Origin: Acidobacteriota bacterium
GTDB lineage: Bacteria; Acidobacteriota; Thermoanaerobaculia; Gp7-AA8
Direction of reading: 5' to 3'
Assembly: GCA_003223645.1 (NCBI GenBank)
Contig: QHVT01000006.1
Location: forward strand, 340,967 to 404,966
DNA: 64,000 nucleotides
This document shows, piece after piece, positions 17,522 through 26,774 of the stretch; the first letter of the stretch is position 1, and every line of letters starts with the position of its first letter. The notes beneath the pieces are model-generated. The model searched no databases, was not told the DNA's origin, and was given only the letters and a program-made list of their open reading frames with translations. Both the position numbers and the translations under genes were made by a program.

Positions 17522-18833
17522 ATTTCGTCACGGCGCCGCCGCAGTCGGTGATCATCTGACTCTCCAACTCTGCGATCTGCGGCGACCTGCGCGACGTCGA
17601 GAATTCGTCGCGCACCCAGGCCTCGAAGTCGGGATCCTGACGCGGCACCATGATGCCGTTCTTGAACTTCAATACGCTCTCTTTGAGCAGACGGATCTTC
17701 GCCTGCGGATGCATCCGGATGTAGCGGTAGGCAGTCACTCGATCGACGACCGCGACATCGCCGGCCGCCGCACTCACGATGCTGAGCGCAGTTCCGATGT
17801 CCGGATTCTGCACCACGATCGTATTGAACGACTCGATGCGGAGCTCGCGCACGGCGTACTCCCAACCGGCCTCCCCTTCCGCGACCGCCCAACGCAGTTG
17901 CATGCCGCGCAGATCGTCGAGCGTCTGGATCTTGCTGTCGTCCGCCACGACGGCGCAGAGGTCGATGCTGTGGAAGTTGCACGTGAAGTCCGCGTAGTCG
18001 CGGCGCTCGGAAGTCTCGAACACCGACAGCACGAGATCGATCGCGCGCGGATCCGCGACCGGCTTCGCGAAGATGTCGCTGGTGAACTCCTGCCATTGAA
18101 TCGGAACGAAGTCCACTTGCAGTCCGGTGCGCGCGGCGACGTCGCGCGCGAGATCGACGTAGTAGCCGCTGAACGTGACTTGCCGGTCATTCGTGAATTG
18201 GTAATCGGCGAGCGGCGGATGTTTCGTGACGCCGCAGCGCAGATGCCGTTTCGACATCACCAGCTCGCGGCGGCTCGGACGAAGGGACGTTGGTGAGAGT
18301 CTCGCGGTCGAGAGCTCCGGCCGCTGGAGCAATTGTCGTAAATGCTGCTCCACCCGTTCAAAGAATCCCTTCTCGCTGCCGCGGACTCCCGAATACGTTC
18401 CGATGATGCCGAGCTTCTCGACTTCCTCGCGAAACTTGAACACGCGCGTCAGCTCTTTCGAGGCCGCGACGGACTTCGGCTGCGGAGGATCATCGTTGAA
18501 ATAGAACAGCATCCACGCCTGCGTCTTCGCGTTCACGTTCTCGAGCGCGTTGCGGAACTCCTTCTCCGTACCCGACGCGCGCTTGCCGCCGCCGCCGAAG
18601 CGGGACGACATGATGCCGAGGTAGATGTCGCAGAGAGGCGTCTGGTCGTCGACGACGTCCTGCGGCGCGAGCCCGAGGCGCGGGATGACGTTGTCCTCCC
18701 ACTTGAACAGCTTGAGCTGACGCCCGGTCAGATTCCCCTCGGTTTCGTTGATGCGCGCGATCACTTCATCGAGGACGTTGCGCTCCGGCTCGCAGTCGCC
18801 GGGCGAAGAGACGAAGATTCGGATGAATGACAA
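17514..18833 (-). CDS. DUF4062 (TIR-like) domain fused to a type II solute-binding (SBP_bac_3) domain; alternative start 18881
   Basis: IFVSSPGD..ER, DIYLGIMSSRFG, SGTEKEF; then PP..SGYYVDLARDVA, TSERRDYADFT, TLDDLRG; no signal peptide; 8-bp overlap with next gene. Confidence 0.85.
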   Translation of the reverse strand: MSFIRIFVSSPGDCEPERNVLDEVIARINETEGNLTGRQLKLFKWEDNVIPRLGLAPQDVVDDQTPLCDIYLGIMSSRFGGGGKRASGTEKEFRNALENVNAKTQAWMLFYFNDDPPQPKSVAASKELTRVFKFREEVEKLGIIGTYSGVRGSEKGFFERVEQHLRQLLQRPELSTARLSPTSLRPSRRELVMSKRHLRCGVTKHPPLADYQFTNDRQVTFSGYYVDLARDVAARTGLQVDFVPIQWQEFTSDIFAKPVADPRAIDLVLSVFETSERRDYADFTCNFHSIDLCAVVADDSKIQTLDDLRGMQLRWAVAEGEAGWEYAVRELRIESFNTIVVQNPDIGTALSIVSAAAGDVAVVDRVTAYRYIRMHPQAKIRLLKESVLKFKNGIMVPRQDPDFEAWVRDEFSTSRRSPQIAELESQMITDCGGAVTKYA

Positions 18834-19024
18834 TGGAGGCTCCGGCTTTTTGGGATGTCGATGCTTCCCAAAATGATACACGGAGCCTCACTTGCGCGCG
18901 CGGCTCAGCGCGACGCCGAGCGCGAGCATTCCACGGGATCATCCAGTGGTGATTCGTCGCTTCGCCGACTCGTACGCATAGTCGCAGCACTGCGCTGGAC
19001 GTCGTTCTTCTGATTCTTGAGTGA

Positions 19025-19049
19025 TAAATCCCGGCGTGTCGGCGCCGGG
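19025..19049 (-). terminator. Probable intrinsic terminator after the small peptide gene
   Basis: CCCGGCG/CGCCGGG hairpin followed by ATTTA on the minus strand. Confidence 0.5.
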
Positions 19050-19055
19050 GCAATT

Positions 19056-19235
19056 TCACGGAAGCGGTGGTCGCATCCCGTCATCGTCAGGTTGTAGCGT
19101 GAAAACGCTCCTGATAATCCGCGCAATGCGATCGAAGAAGCCGTCATGGCGGTCGCCCGGATCGTTTGAACGCGCGAGTGCGGGTGTGGAGCCAAGAGCA
19201 ATGAGCAGCAAGGCGCCGGAAAAGAGCCTTCGCAT
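19056..19235 (-). CDS. 59-aa secreted peptide MRRLFSGALLLIALGSTPALA-RSNDPGDRHDGFFDRIARIIRSVFTLQPDDDGMRPPLP (absent from ORF track)
   Basis: Translated by hand; SD-like AAGGGGG before ATG; signal peptide ending ALA; terminator follows. Confidence 0.75.
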   Translation of the reverse strand: MRRLFSGALLLIALGSTPALARSNDPGDRHDGFFDRIARIIRSVFTLQPDDDGMRPPLP

Positions 19236-19277
19236 GTGAGACCCCCTTGAACAGGCGGTCCACTCTCGCGGGCGATG

Positions 19278-20170
19278 TTACACGGTCAGCGGTGAGATCG
19301 GCGCCCGGAAGGGGAACGGACGCTGATACGTGATCCGAAAGATGTATCGGCGAACGTCGAATACCACGTCCTCGGTCAGCGCATATTGCTGGGCGAGCTC
19401 GCGCAAGTACGTCATGACTTCAGCAGTGAGCCCGCGCCTGCGCGTCGGCTCATTCCGATCCAACCGGGTCGAGTATTCGGCTAGAGATCGACATATGGAG
19501 ATCGCGGCCTTGTATCGTTCGAGCGCGACCGTTGATGCCACCGCGTCGATTCCCACACGAACGAGCGCATCGTCGTTGTTTAAGAGCTGATACTTCGCCG
19601 TCGCGTCAGCGAACGCATCGAGTGCCGGATCATGTTCGGTCCTCAGCGCAAGGAGCTTTCCACGCAGCCAGTAATCACGCGCGAGGAGAGCGGTTGCGTT
19701 TCGACGCCGGTCATCCACTTCGAGAGCCGCCAGGCATTCATCGATATCGCTGGCGGCGTCTCCATTTTCGATGCGTGCCCACAACAAATTACTGAGCGCA
19801 TCGTGCCAGGCAGCGATGTCGCTCTCAGGAGTTCGAACGAATACCTCATGACAGACCTCAACGGAACGGGGATCGCCGCTCCGATAAAGTAGTAATCCAC
19901 GCGTACTCCGCGCGCGAAGCCATCCACTCAATCGCGACGAACATAGATCGGCTCTACGACATCCAAGAGTGCTCTTGCGTCGTCAGGACACCAAATATCG
20001 CGCTCGATGGCCAGCAACGCCCGTGACAATAGAATCGACGCATCTGCCAACTCCACATCCCGAACGTGCATCGCCGCTTCCGTTGCTGCGGCAAGAGCGA
20101 TGCGGCACTCCTCATAGCGTCCCGACTCGCGTAGAAGCGCGGAATGAATCTTCCACGTCTCGAAACGATG
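19278..20170 (-). pseudogene. TPR-like helical repeat protein, 5'-truncated and frameshifted near 19930
   Basis: Two frames join as ..IYVRRD/(L)SGWLRAR if one base is restored; TPR-like amphipathic helices; no proper N-terminus. Confidence 0.6.
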
Positions 20171-20356
20171 AAGGAAGTCGAGCCGACCGCGGGCATGATC
20201 CGCGCCTACACCGCCGCGTGTATCGCAATTACCGATGACGAGACGATCTCGCCGCTCGATCTGTTCGAGCTGCAGCCGGACGCGGAGGAGATCGCGGCGG
20301 CGCGAAGGCGTTACGAGCAGCATCAGAAGGTCGCGAGACGGCGCGCGCGGCGTTGA
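20165..20356 (+). pseudogene. Probable C-terminal remnant of an XRE-type HTH protein
   Basis: EPTAGMIRAYTAAC..ISPLDLFEL resembles the post-recognition-helix half of XRE proteins. Confidence 0.4.
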
Positions 20357-20360
20357 CGCG

Positions 20361-20885
20361 TCATTGAGAACGCGCAGCCGCTGCTTCTGCGCATACGCTC
20401 GTGTCGAATCTGTATCCGTGCCACCAGCGAGCCCACAAGCGCCACAACGGACGAATCAGGCGCCAGTGCCACGCGTGACGGCGTATCTGCCGAAGACGTG
20501 TCTCGCCGAACCTGTCAGACAACTCCGGGGAAAGGCAGCCCTCTAACAGGATTTGTCCGTGCTCGCATCTGGCCTGGACTAAATAGTCTCGTTCCGCAAA
20601 CAAATCACCGCAGGAAGTCTGTACGTGAACGACGATCGATCGCCCGAGCGGTTTGGTGAACCACTGCGTTACCTCGACCGTCGAGACAGGATGGGGGTAA
20701 GGATAACCATCCGTGACCGTCACCTCGCGATTGGTGACATGGCCTGTGAACAGGATCTCGGCACTGAGAAACGTCTGGCGAGCCGGGGGTGGTAGACATT
20801 GGCAGGCGCGGATGCTTCGGGTGCTCGCGAGCGAGAGCGCGATCACGGCGATGCAGACATACCAGCGGTGCTGTGTCACTGGCAT
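20361..20885 (-). CDS. Exported protein with TIMP/NTR-like CxC mature N-terminus
   Basis: Signal peptide then A-CQC..AEILFTGHV, SCG..YLV, GC. Confidence 0.55.
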   Translation of the reverse strand: MPVTQHRWYVCIAVIALSLASTRSIRACQCLPPPARQTFLSAEILFTGHVTNREVTVTDGYPYPHPVSTVEVTQWFTKPLGRSIVVHVQTSCGDLFAERDYLVQARCEHGQILLEGCLSPELSDRFGETRLRQIRRHAWHWRLIRPLWRLWARWWHGYRFDTSVCAEAAAARSQ

Positions 20886-20895
20886 CGACCAATCG

Positions 20896-21840
20896 TCAGC
20901 GAGCCTTCTTGGCCATTCGATCCAATCCCTCGACGGTGTGCCGCAAGCCCAGTTCCGCTTCGGCGCGAACCGCAATGCTCTTGGTGGCGAGCGCGTCACG
21001 GTAGTAGCTCTGCGCGAACTTGAAGTACTTCACTGCCTCGGTCTCGTCTCCACGCCGCTCTGCTGTCCATGCCTCGTAGCGCCCAGAATCCGCGGCGGCC
21101 TTCAGCAGGTACGGATATGCGGGAGAGGTTTCGAACCTGTCGGCCGCCTCAAGCAGAGCGGGGATAGAATTCCTGTCGCCACGGTGGAGCGCACGAAGCG
21201 CAAGGACATATGGGTAATACCCCGATTCCGGATGGAACTGGCGGATCTCATCGGCGAGCGCCATGCCCGGCTTGGTCGCCTGGAACGAGATGTCTGACCA
21301 CTTGCCATCCGATATGGTCTGCATACGCTTCCAGATTTCCGCGTCGATCCCGACAGGCTCCATAACGGTGATCGCGACCGTTGGCGTGCGGACGGCGCAG
21401 ATCGGGTCAAAAAACTCATCGCCGACGCGCAACTCGAGGGCGATGCCATAGGCTCCGGGACCAGAGAATGACGGATAGATGAACCAACTCGGAATACCGT
21501 GGTCCCAACTCGCCGCCTGCTGCATCGACTGGCCTGGCTGGAGACGGGACGGCAGAAGTGACTGGAGGGTCCACTGATCGTGCGCCTCCGGATCCGGGTT
21601 GTGCATCACCTTCGTTTCACCGCCAGGGAAGGTCACCACCAGGGTGGCCTCGGCCCCGCTGATCGTGACCGGCCGATCCGAAACATTGGTATACGTGACG
21701 ACGATGTCGAACGGGATACCCGGAAGAACGTGATCGTATGGAAGCGTCAGCCTGGCCTCGACCGGCGTCGCTGCCTGGCCCGTCGGCGCCAGGACGGCTG
21801 AGAGGATCACCACCGCGGCTGCAAGCATCGATCTCATCAT
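20896..21840 (-). CDS. Secreted hypothetical protein (Ig-like N-terminal part, helical C-terminal part)
   Basis: SD AAAGGAGG; signal peptide MMRSMLAAAVVILSAVLAPTGQA. Confidence 0.75.
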   Translation of the reverse strand: MMRSMLAAAVVILSAVLAPTGQAATPVEARLTLPYDHVLPGIPFDIVVTYTNVSDRPVTISGAEATLVVTFPGGETKVMHNPDPEAHDQWTLQSLLPSRLQPGQSMQQAASWDHGIPSWFIYPSFSGPGAYGIALELRVGDEFFDPICAVRTPTVAITVMEPVGIDAEIWKRMQTISDGKWSDISFQATKPGMALADEIRQFHPESGYYPYVLALRALHRGDRNSIPALLEAADRFETSPAYPYLLKAAADSGRYEAWTAERRGDETEAVKYFKFAQSYYRDALATKSIAVRAEAELGLRHTVEGLDRMAKKAR

Positions 21841-21848
21841 CCCTCCTT

Positions 21849-22793
21849 TTACGGCTCGAACGGGTCGCGCCGCTTGCGAATTTCGAGATATTCCGAGTGG
21901 ATTCCGCCGCCCGGCAAAGTCAGGAAGTGGAAACGAGCGATTCCGTTCATGCGCTGGGAGAAAGTACCGGCGCCCGGATCGGCATATGCAGCGAGCAGGC
22001 AATAGATCTTTGGATCATCCCAGACCTTCGTCGTAGTTGGGCAGTGATCGAACAGATTCCACAGGCCGTTCGTCCTCCATTGGTGAGCAATCTCGTGAGC
22101 TGCCGTTTTCTTGGCCCACAGACTCACGTCGCTCGCATTGTTTCCGCTCAAGGCGTGGTCGATTGTGTCGCAGAATACCCACGACGACGTCCGGGCATCC
22201 ACCTCCGAGATGGTGAGTCCTGCATCGGGTCCAAAGGCGTCGCCCGCGGCTTCATCCGACGCGATGACCAGCAACTGGTGATTCGGCTCGAGCGTACCGG
22301 TCGCGATTGTCGTCCGGCACGCGCTGCGCCTGCGGTACATAGAGCGCGGTGTCTGGAGGATCGGCGACGCGCAGCCAGACGTCCGCTTCCGGACTCGCGG
22401 TATTCGAAGTCACGGCGCCGCGGAATCGGAAGCGCGGCTTCCCTCCGGGCTGGCTCGAAACGATCTGGAACGGCGAGAGATCCGTGTCGCCCGGCTTCGG
22501 GTGAAGAATGAGCTTCTGCGACATCGCCGGCACGAGCACGAACGCGAACTTCCGCGGCTCGGTTCTGAAAATCAGCTCGCCCTTCTCAGCGGAATCCGCA
22601 CCTTCAAGTAGCTCCAGTTCGAGCCCGCGGTGTCCATAAACGCGATGTTTCTCGTTCCCTCGAAGTATCTGCAGCCTTCGGTGCTGATCTGCGGATTCCA
22701 GTCGATGAGGATCGTGTGATCCGTCGCCTGCGCGAAACCTTTGACTGCGAGTAGCAGCGCGAACGCGGCCGCGATGACATTCGACCTTTGCAT
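21849..22793 (-). pseudogene. Fragmented secreted zincin-like protein spread over three frames
   Basis: Signal peptide in 22793-22572 frame, middle in the 22252 frame, AHEIAHQW in the 21849 frame. Confidence 0.6.
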
Positions 22794-23152
22794 TGAAGAC
22801 CTCTCTGCGAGCGAATGTAGGTCGGCCTACTCCCATCCGTCAATATGGAGCAAACATGCGTCACGACGATTGACGGGAGTCTGAAGGGATTGTGCAGCGA
22901 CGACCTTAGGCGCCACCTCACGCGCTTGTGAACAGCGCGTCCACGGGCCGCGATGCCATCGATCTTTGTCATCCCGGGTAATCGCCATCACTGCATACGA
23001 GCGGCACAAGCGAGTGGCGCGGCGGTTGCGGACGACGCGACAACGGGGTTCGCGATGCAAACCGGTGGGCTCGCGAGCTCACGACGTGGGATCGGGTGGG
23101 AGAGACGCGGGTCGCGCGCGCGGACGCGCCGCGCAACCCGCGAAAGGGTTGC

Positions 23153-23485
23153 TTAGAGGTTGCGGTCGATGAAGTTCTGCAGCGCGTTTTTCGGCGCCGC
23201 TCCGACCATGCGGTCGACGAGCTTGCCGTCCTTAAACATCATCAGCGTCGGGATCGAGGTCACGCCGAAACGCTGTGCGATGACGGGGTTGTCGTCGACA
23301 TTCATCTTGCCGATGACGGCCTTGCCGTCGTAGTTCGGCGCGAGCTCTTCGACGACCGGGCCGATCAGCCGGCACGGGCCGCACCACGGCGCCCAGAAGT
23401 CGACGAACACGGGCTTCCCGGCGTTGATGACGCTGTCGAAGTCGCCGTCGGTGAGCTGTTGAATGGATTTGGTTTCAGTCGCCAT
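23153..23485 (-). CDS. trxA: Thioredoxin
   Basis: [16 protein letters not shown]. Confidence 0.97.
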   Translation of the reverse strand: MATETKSIQQLTDGDFDSVINAGKPVFVDFWAPWCGPCRLIGPVVEELAPNYDGKAVIGKMNVDDNPVIAQRFGVTSIPTLMMFKDGKLVDRMVGAAPKNALQNFIDRNL

Positions 23486-23671
23486 TTCTGCAAGATCTCC
23501 TAACGATCTCAGTCAAAGCCGAGCCTGTCGCAACATATTCCTAACCGTTTGTGTTTGCGCGTTCGGTGCCGATCCACGTGGGCTTTGCAGCCGATATGCG
23601 GCGGTTTGCCGTCATCGCCCTCGCGCTGTCGCTGCCAGTGCTGCACAGCCATGGCGCTGCTGGGTAGTGTC

Positions 23672-24133
23672 CTAATTTGGACGGCCCGGGAAAAAGTACG
23701 CCTCCCGGTATCCCGGCGCAACCTTGTCCATCCGTTCGGCCATCGTTCCGGCGAAGTCAATCAGCTCGCCGTGCAGCGCGGCGTCCAGCGTCATCCGCTG
23801 CTCTCCAGCAACCGTCTCCAGCGCCAGAATGATGAACTCCGGCAGCCGGACGGTGACGGCGCGAAGGGCCAGCAGGGGCGGCAGGACTCGCGCAGCGTCC
23901 GCACCAAGCGCGTCCGCTATCTCCGCAAGCGTCCATCGCTCCATCGCCACGTAAACGGCCTGACGCCACAGGAAGCGCCATCGGCCGCGCACCCTTTCCG
24001 CGTCGCGGTCACCGCCCGCTACCTCCCGCCGCAGCGCGCGGACTGGCGTGTCCGTCAGGCGCGCAACCTCGCCGAGAGTGTACGACTCTGCCGGGTCGAG
24101 AAAGAGCGAACGGATGCGCTGACATCTGTCCAT
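23672..24133 (-). CDS. Passenger: putative DNA-binding protein (HTH-like N-terminus, RHH-like C-terminus)
   Basis: SD GGGAGG; YTLGEVARLT and VTVRLPEFIILAL; stop codon lies in the left TIR. Confidence 0.6.
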   Translation of the reverse strand: MDRCQRIRSLFLDPAESYTLGEVARLTDTPVRALRREVAGGDRDAERVRGRWRFLWRQAVYVAMERWTLAEIADALGADAARVLPPLLALRAVTVRLPEFIILALETVAGEQRMTLDAALHGELIDFAGTMAERMDKVAPGYREAYFFPGRPN

Positions 24134-24145
24134 CGAAGCCTCCCA

Positions 24146-24188
24146 CCTAACTATAGTGGGATGGAGGTTACACCGATCTATGGTTAGG
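24146..24188. promoter_or_regulatory. Probable operator between divergent passenger regulators
   Basis: Inverted repeat CCTAACTATAG...CTATGGTTAGG. Confidence 0.55.
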
Positions 24189-24198
24189 GTAAAGGGTG

Positions 24199-24459
24199 AT
24201 GTCACGTCGGAAGGAACGGAGCCCGGAAGGGCAGCGGTTCGGCGACACGTTGCGCCGACTTCGGAACGAGCGCGACCTGAGTCAGGAACGGCTCGCGGAA
24301 GCGGCGAATCTGACGGCGGATTACGTCGGCTTCGTCGAGCGCGGGGAGAACGTGCCGACGCTGACCGTTCTCCTCAAGCTGGCGAGGGCGCTCAGAGTCG
24401 ATGCGTCGGAGTTACTGAGCGAGTTCACGGTAGCGACGTTGAAGCGCATGAAGTTGTAG
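24199..24459 (+). CDS. Passenger: XRE-family HTH regulator
   Basis: LRRLRNERDLSQERLAEAA..VERGENVPTL. Confidence 0.92.
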   Translation: MSRRKERSPEGQRFGDTLRRLRNERDLSQERLAEAANLTADYVGFVERGENVPTLTVLLKLARALRVDASELLSEFTVATLKRMKL

Positions 24460-24537
24460 GCTACTCCGTCGCTGCCCGCGCAACTGTCGATCCTGGACAA
24501 GTCGAGGGAGGAATTACCCTTGCGGCGGCGTGACAGG

Positions 24538-25536
24538 CTATCGGTATTTCAACTGTGTTTCGTCTGTGTCGTTGTGCTCATTACAGACGTCAAATGTCTT
24601 AAATTGCGGCGACAGGAGATAGCAGAACGTCAGCCAGTGCGGATGGCGGAAAACATCCTTGTACTCTACACGCCCGTGCACCCATACCAACGCGGAACCG
24701 TTGGCAATCTCGTCTATGTAGCTTTGGGTCATGGCGAGCGGGCGGTGCGCTTTGTCCTGAATCGGAAATGTACTGAGGTGATACGGAACCGTAGGCGCGA
24801 TGACGCCGCGACTGTCAAGCACGCCAACAACGATGTCATCGTATTTAAAAGAAGGCTTCTCGGTGGGGCGGGTGACTTCCAGTTTAAAATCAGCATGAAC
24901 GTGCAGTGCTGGAGTCTTGCCTGTATTTCTAATCGATACGTCTGCCTTATACGGCGAACCTACAACCAATTCTCCCTTAATATTATCGACACCAAGCCAC
25001 GCACGTTGATCCAAACGAGAGGCGTTGATACTCGCGTCAAGCGCGGCCCTACCTTGCGCAAGATTGGTTTTCAGCACATTCTGGTTTTCGCCCAGCAGCT
25101 TCGCAAGTTCCTCGCGGTTTTCCTTCAGCGTGTTCTCGATCGCCGCCTTGTTTTGGGCGAGGTTCGTTTTATTGTCGGCAACCATCTGCTTCTGATGGTC
25201 AGAGATGGCGTTAGCGGCGGTAATCAATTTGTCAGTTTGTACGCTCGTGCCGTGCATTTCGGCGAGTTGGGAGCGCATCGTCCACCATTGAAGCGCAGCG
25301 AAAAAAGTGTAGACGGCGGTGACTACCACTACCCCACGCGTCCAGTTAAAGCTACGTCGCTGAATTTCGAGGCCTTGCTGTTGAAGTTTGGCGCTAAGTT
25401 CTTCAAATTTGCTGAGGGCATCGCGTATCTTATCCTCGGGAGTCTTGGGGTTCGTATCGCTGGCTGGAGTTTCGACAGTCGGCGGCATCCTATTAGCGCT
25501 GACTGGAGCCTTCTTGTCGGAGTTCTGACCGTTCAT
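24538..25536 (-). CDS. Passenger: membrane-anchored coiled-coil protein, unknown function
   Basis: One TM helix, heptad region, DQRAWLGV..NTGKTPA..GRVEYKDVF; lower GC. Confidence 0.7.
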   Translation of the reverse strand: MNGQNSDKKAPVSANRMPPTVETPASDTNPKTPEDKIRDALSKFEELSAKLQQQGLEIQRRSFNWTRGVVVVTAVYTFFAALQWWTMRSQLAEMHGTSVQTDKLITAANAISDHQKQMVADNKTNLAQNKAAIENTLKENREELAKLLGENQNVLKTNLAQGRAALDASINASRLDQRAWLGVDNIKGELVVGSPYKADVSIRNTGKTPALHVHADFKLEVTRPTEKPSFKYDDIVVGVLDSRGVIAPTVPYHLSTFPIQDKAHRPLAMTQSYIDEIANGSALVWVHGRVEYKDVFRHPHWLTFCYLLSPQFKTFDVCNEHNDTDETQLKYR

Positions 25537-25651
25537 GTCGCGGCTGTCCTACTAGCGTTGAGGGTTGTGGTGCTGTTCGTATGATTCGCTGTTGTTAACT
25601 GTAGCACAAAAACTCTGGACAAACATAGATTGTTGTAATACACTTACTCAT

Positions 25652-26481
25652 ATGGCAAACGTCCTCAACGTCGAGAAGCAAACCGTCATCATCGGCTCAC
25701 TCGCCGAGGGATCAAGCATCCGCTCCATCGAGCGTATGACCGGAGTCCACCGTGACACCATCATGCGTCTCGGTGTGAAGGTCGGAGAGGGATGCGCGAA
25801 GATTCTGGACGCGATCATGCGCGATCTTCCCTGCACGCATTTGCAGATGGATGAGATTTGGGGATACATCGGTAAGAAACAGCGCCACGTTGCGCCGTCT
25901 GATGATCCTTCCATGGGCGATGCGTGGACGTTCTGCGCGATCGATTCCGAAACCAAACTCGTTCCGGCGTTCAAGGTCGGAAAGCGCGATAGCGAGACGG
26001 CAAACGCGTTCGTCGCGGACCTTGCCTCGCGCATGAGCAATCGCGTGCAGCTTTCCTCTGATGGTCTCAAGGCGTACGTTGAAGCCGTGGAGTTGGCGTT
26101 CGGTGCCGACGTCGATTACGCGCAGGTCATTAAGACGTACACGGAAGATCAGTCGAAAACGCCGGAGCGCCGCTACAGCGCCGCGCGCATCCTGACTGTA
26201 GAGAAGCGCGCCGTGCAGGGCGATCCCGACATGAAGGCGGCAAATACCAGTTACGTTGAGCGCCTGAACGCCACGACGCGCCAGCACATGCGCCGACTGA
26301 CCCGGCTCACGCATGCCTTCAGCAAGAAACTGGAGAACTTTGAAGCGGCGGTTGCGCTGCACTTCGCGTATTACAACTCGTGAAGCGCCACGAAACGATT
26401 CGCTGCACTCCCGCGATGGCTGCCGAGGTTGTATCGTCGCCGTGGACGGTGCGTCAGTTAGTGGAGATCGCGCTCGCATGA
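25652..26481 (+). pseudogene. IS1-family DDE transposase with one-base frameshift near 26378
   Basis: QMDEIWGY, SSDGLKAY, TSYVERLN, FSKK..YYN; conserved tail KRHETIRCTPAMAA..W continues in another frame to TGA 26481. Confidence 0.88.
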
Positions 26482-26774
26482 CCTACCTCGATGAACTGAG
26501 GGACGTGATCCGACGCCTTCACGGCGCGGACGCGGCGCATGTCGAGAGCGTGCCGGTCAAAGAGGTGTTCAAAGGGAAAACGGTTTGGGAGGGAGTCGTG
26601 GAGGTATTCGATCTGCACGGACATCCAACGGCCAGCCGCGTCTACGCATGGGCGCACGATACCGACGATCCCGCAGCGCCACGGCGACACGTCACGGTGT
26701 TGCACAGCCATCCAATCGAATCAGCACGGCAGGCGGTGCGAGCCGCTATCGTGCAGGAGTTCAGAGAACAGTGA
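26478..26774 (+). CDS. Passenger: 98-aa hypothetical protein
   Basis: ATGA overlap with restored transposase stop; VESVPVKEVFKGKTVWEGVVEVFDL. Confidence 0.75.
   Translation: MTYLDELRDVIRRLHGADAAHVESVPVKEVFKGKTVWEGVVEVFDLHGHPTASRVYAWAHDTDDPAAPRRHVTVLHSHPIESARQAVRAAIVQEFREQ

Noticed and set aside
17560..18250. Ordinary amino-acid ABC transporter binding protein
   Set aside because: No signal peptide, fused behind DUF4062, no permease or ABC ATPase adjacent
26370..26385. Programmed IS1 -1 frameshift
   Set aside because: No A6C-type slippery run, and the position is in the C-terminal tail rather than at an insA/insB junction; more likely a deletion or sequencing error
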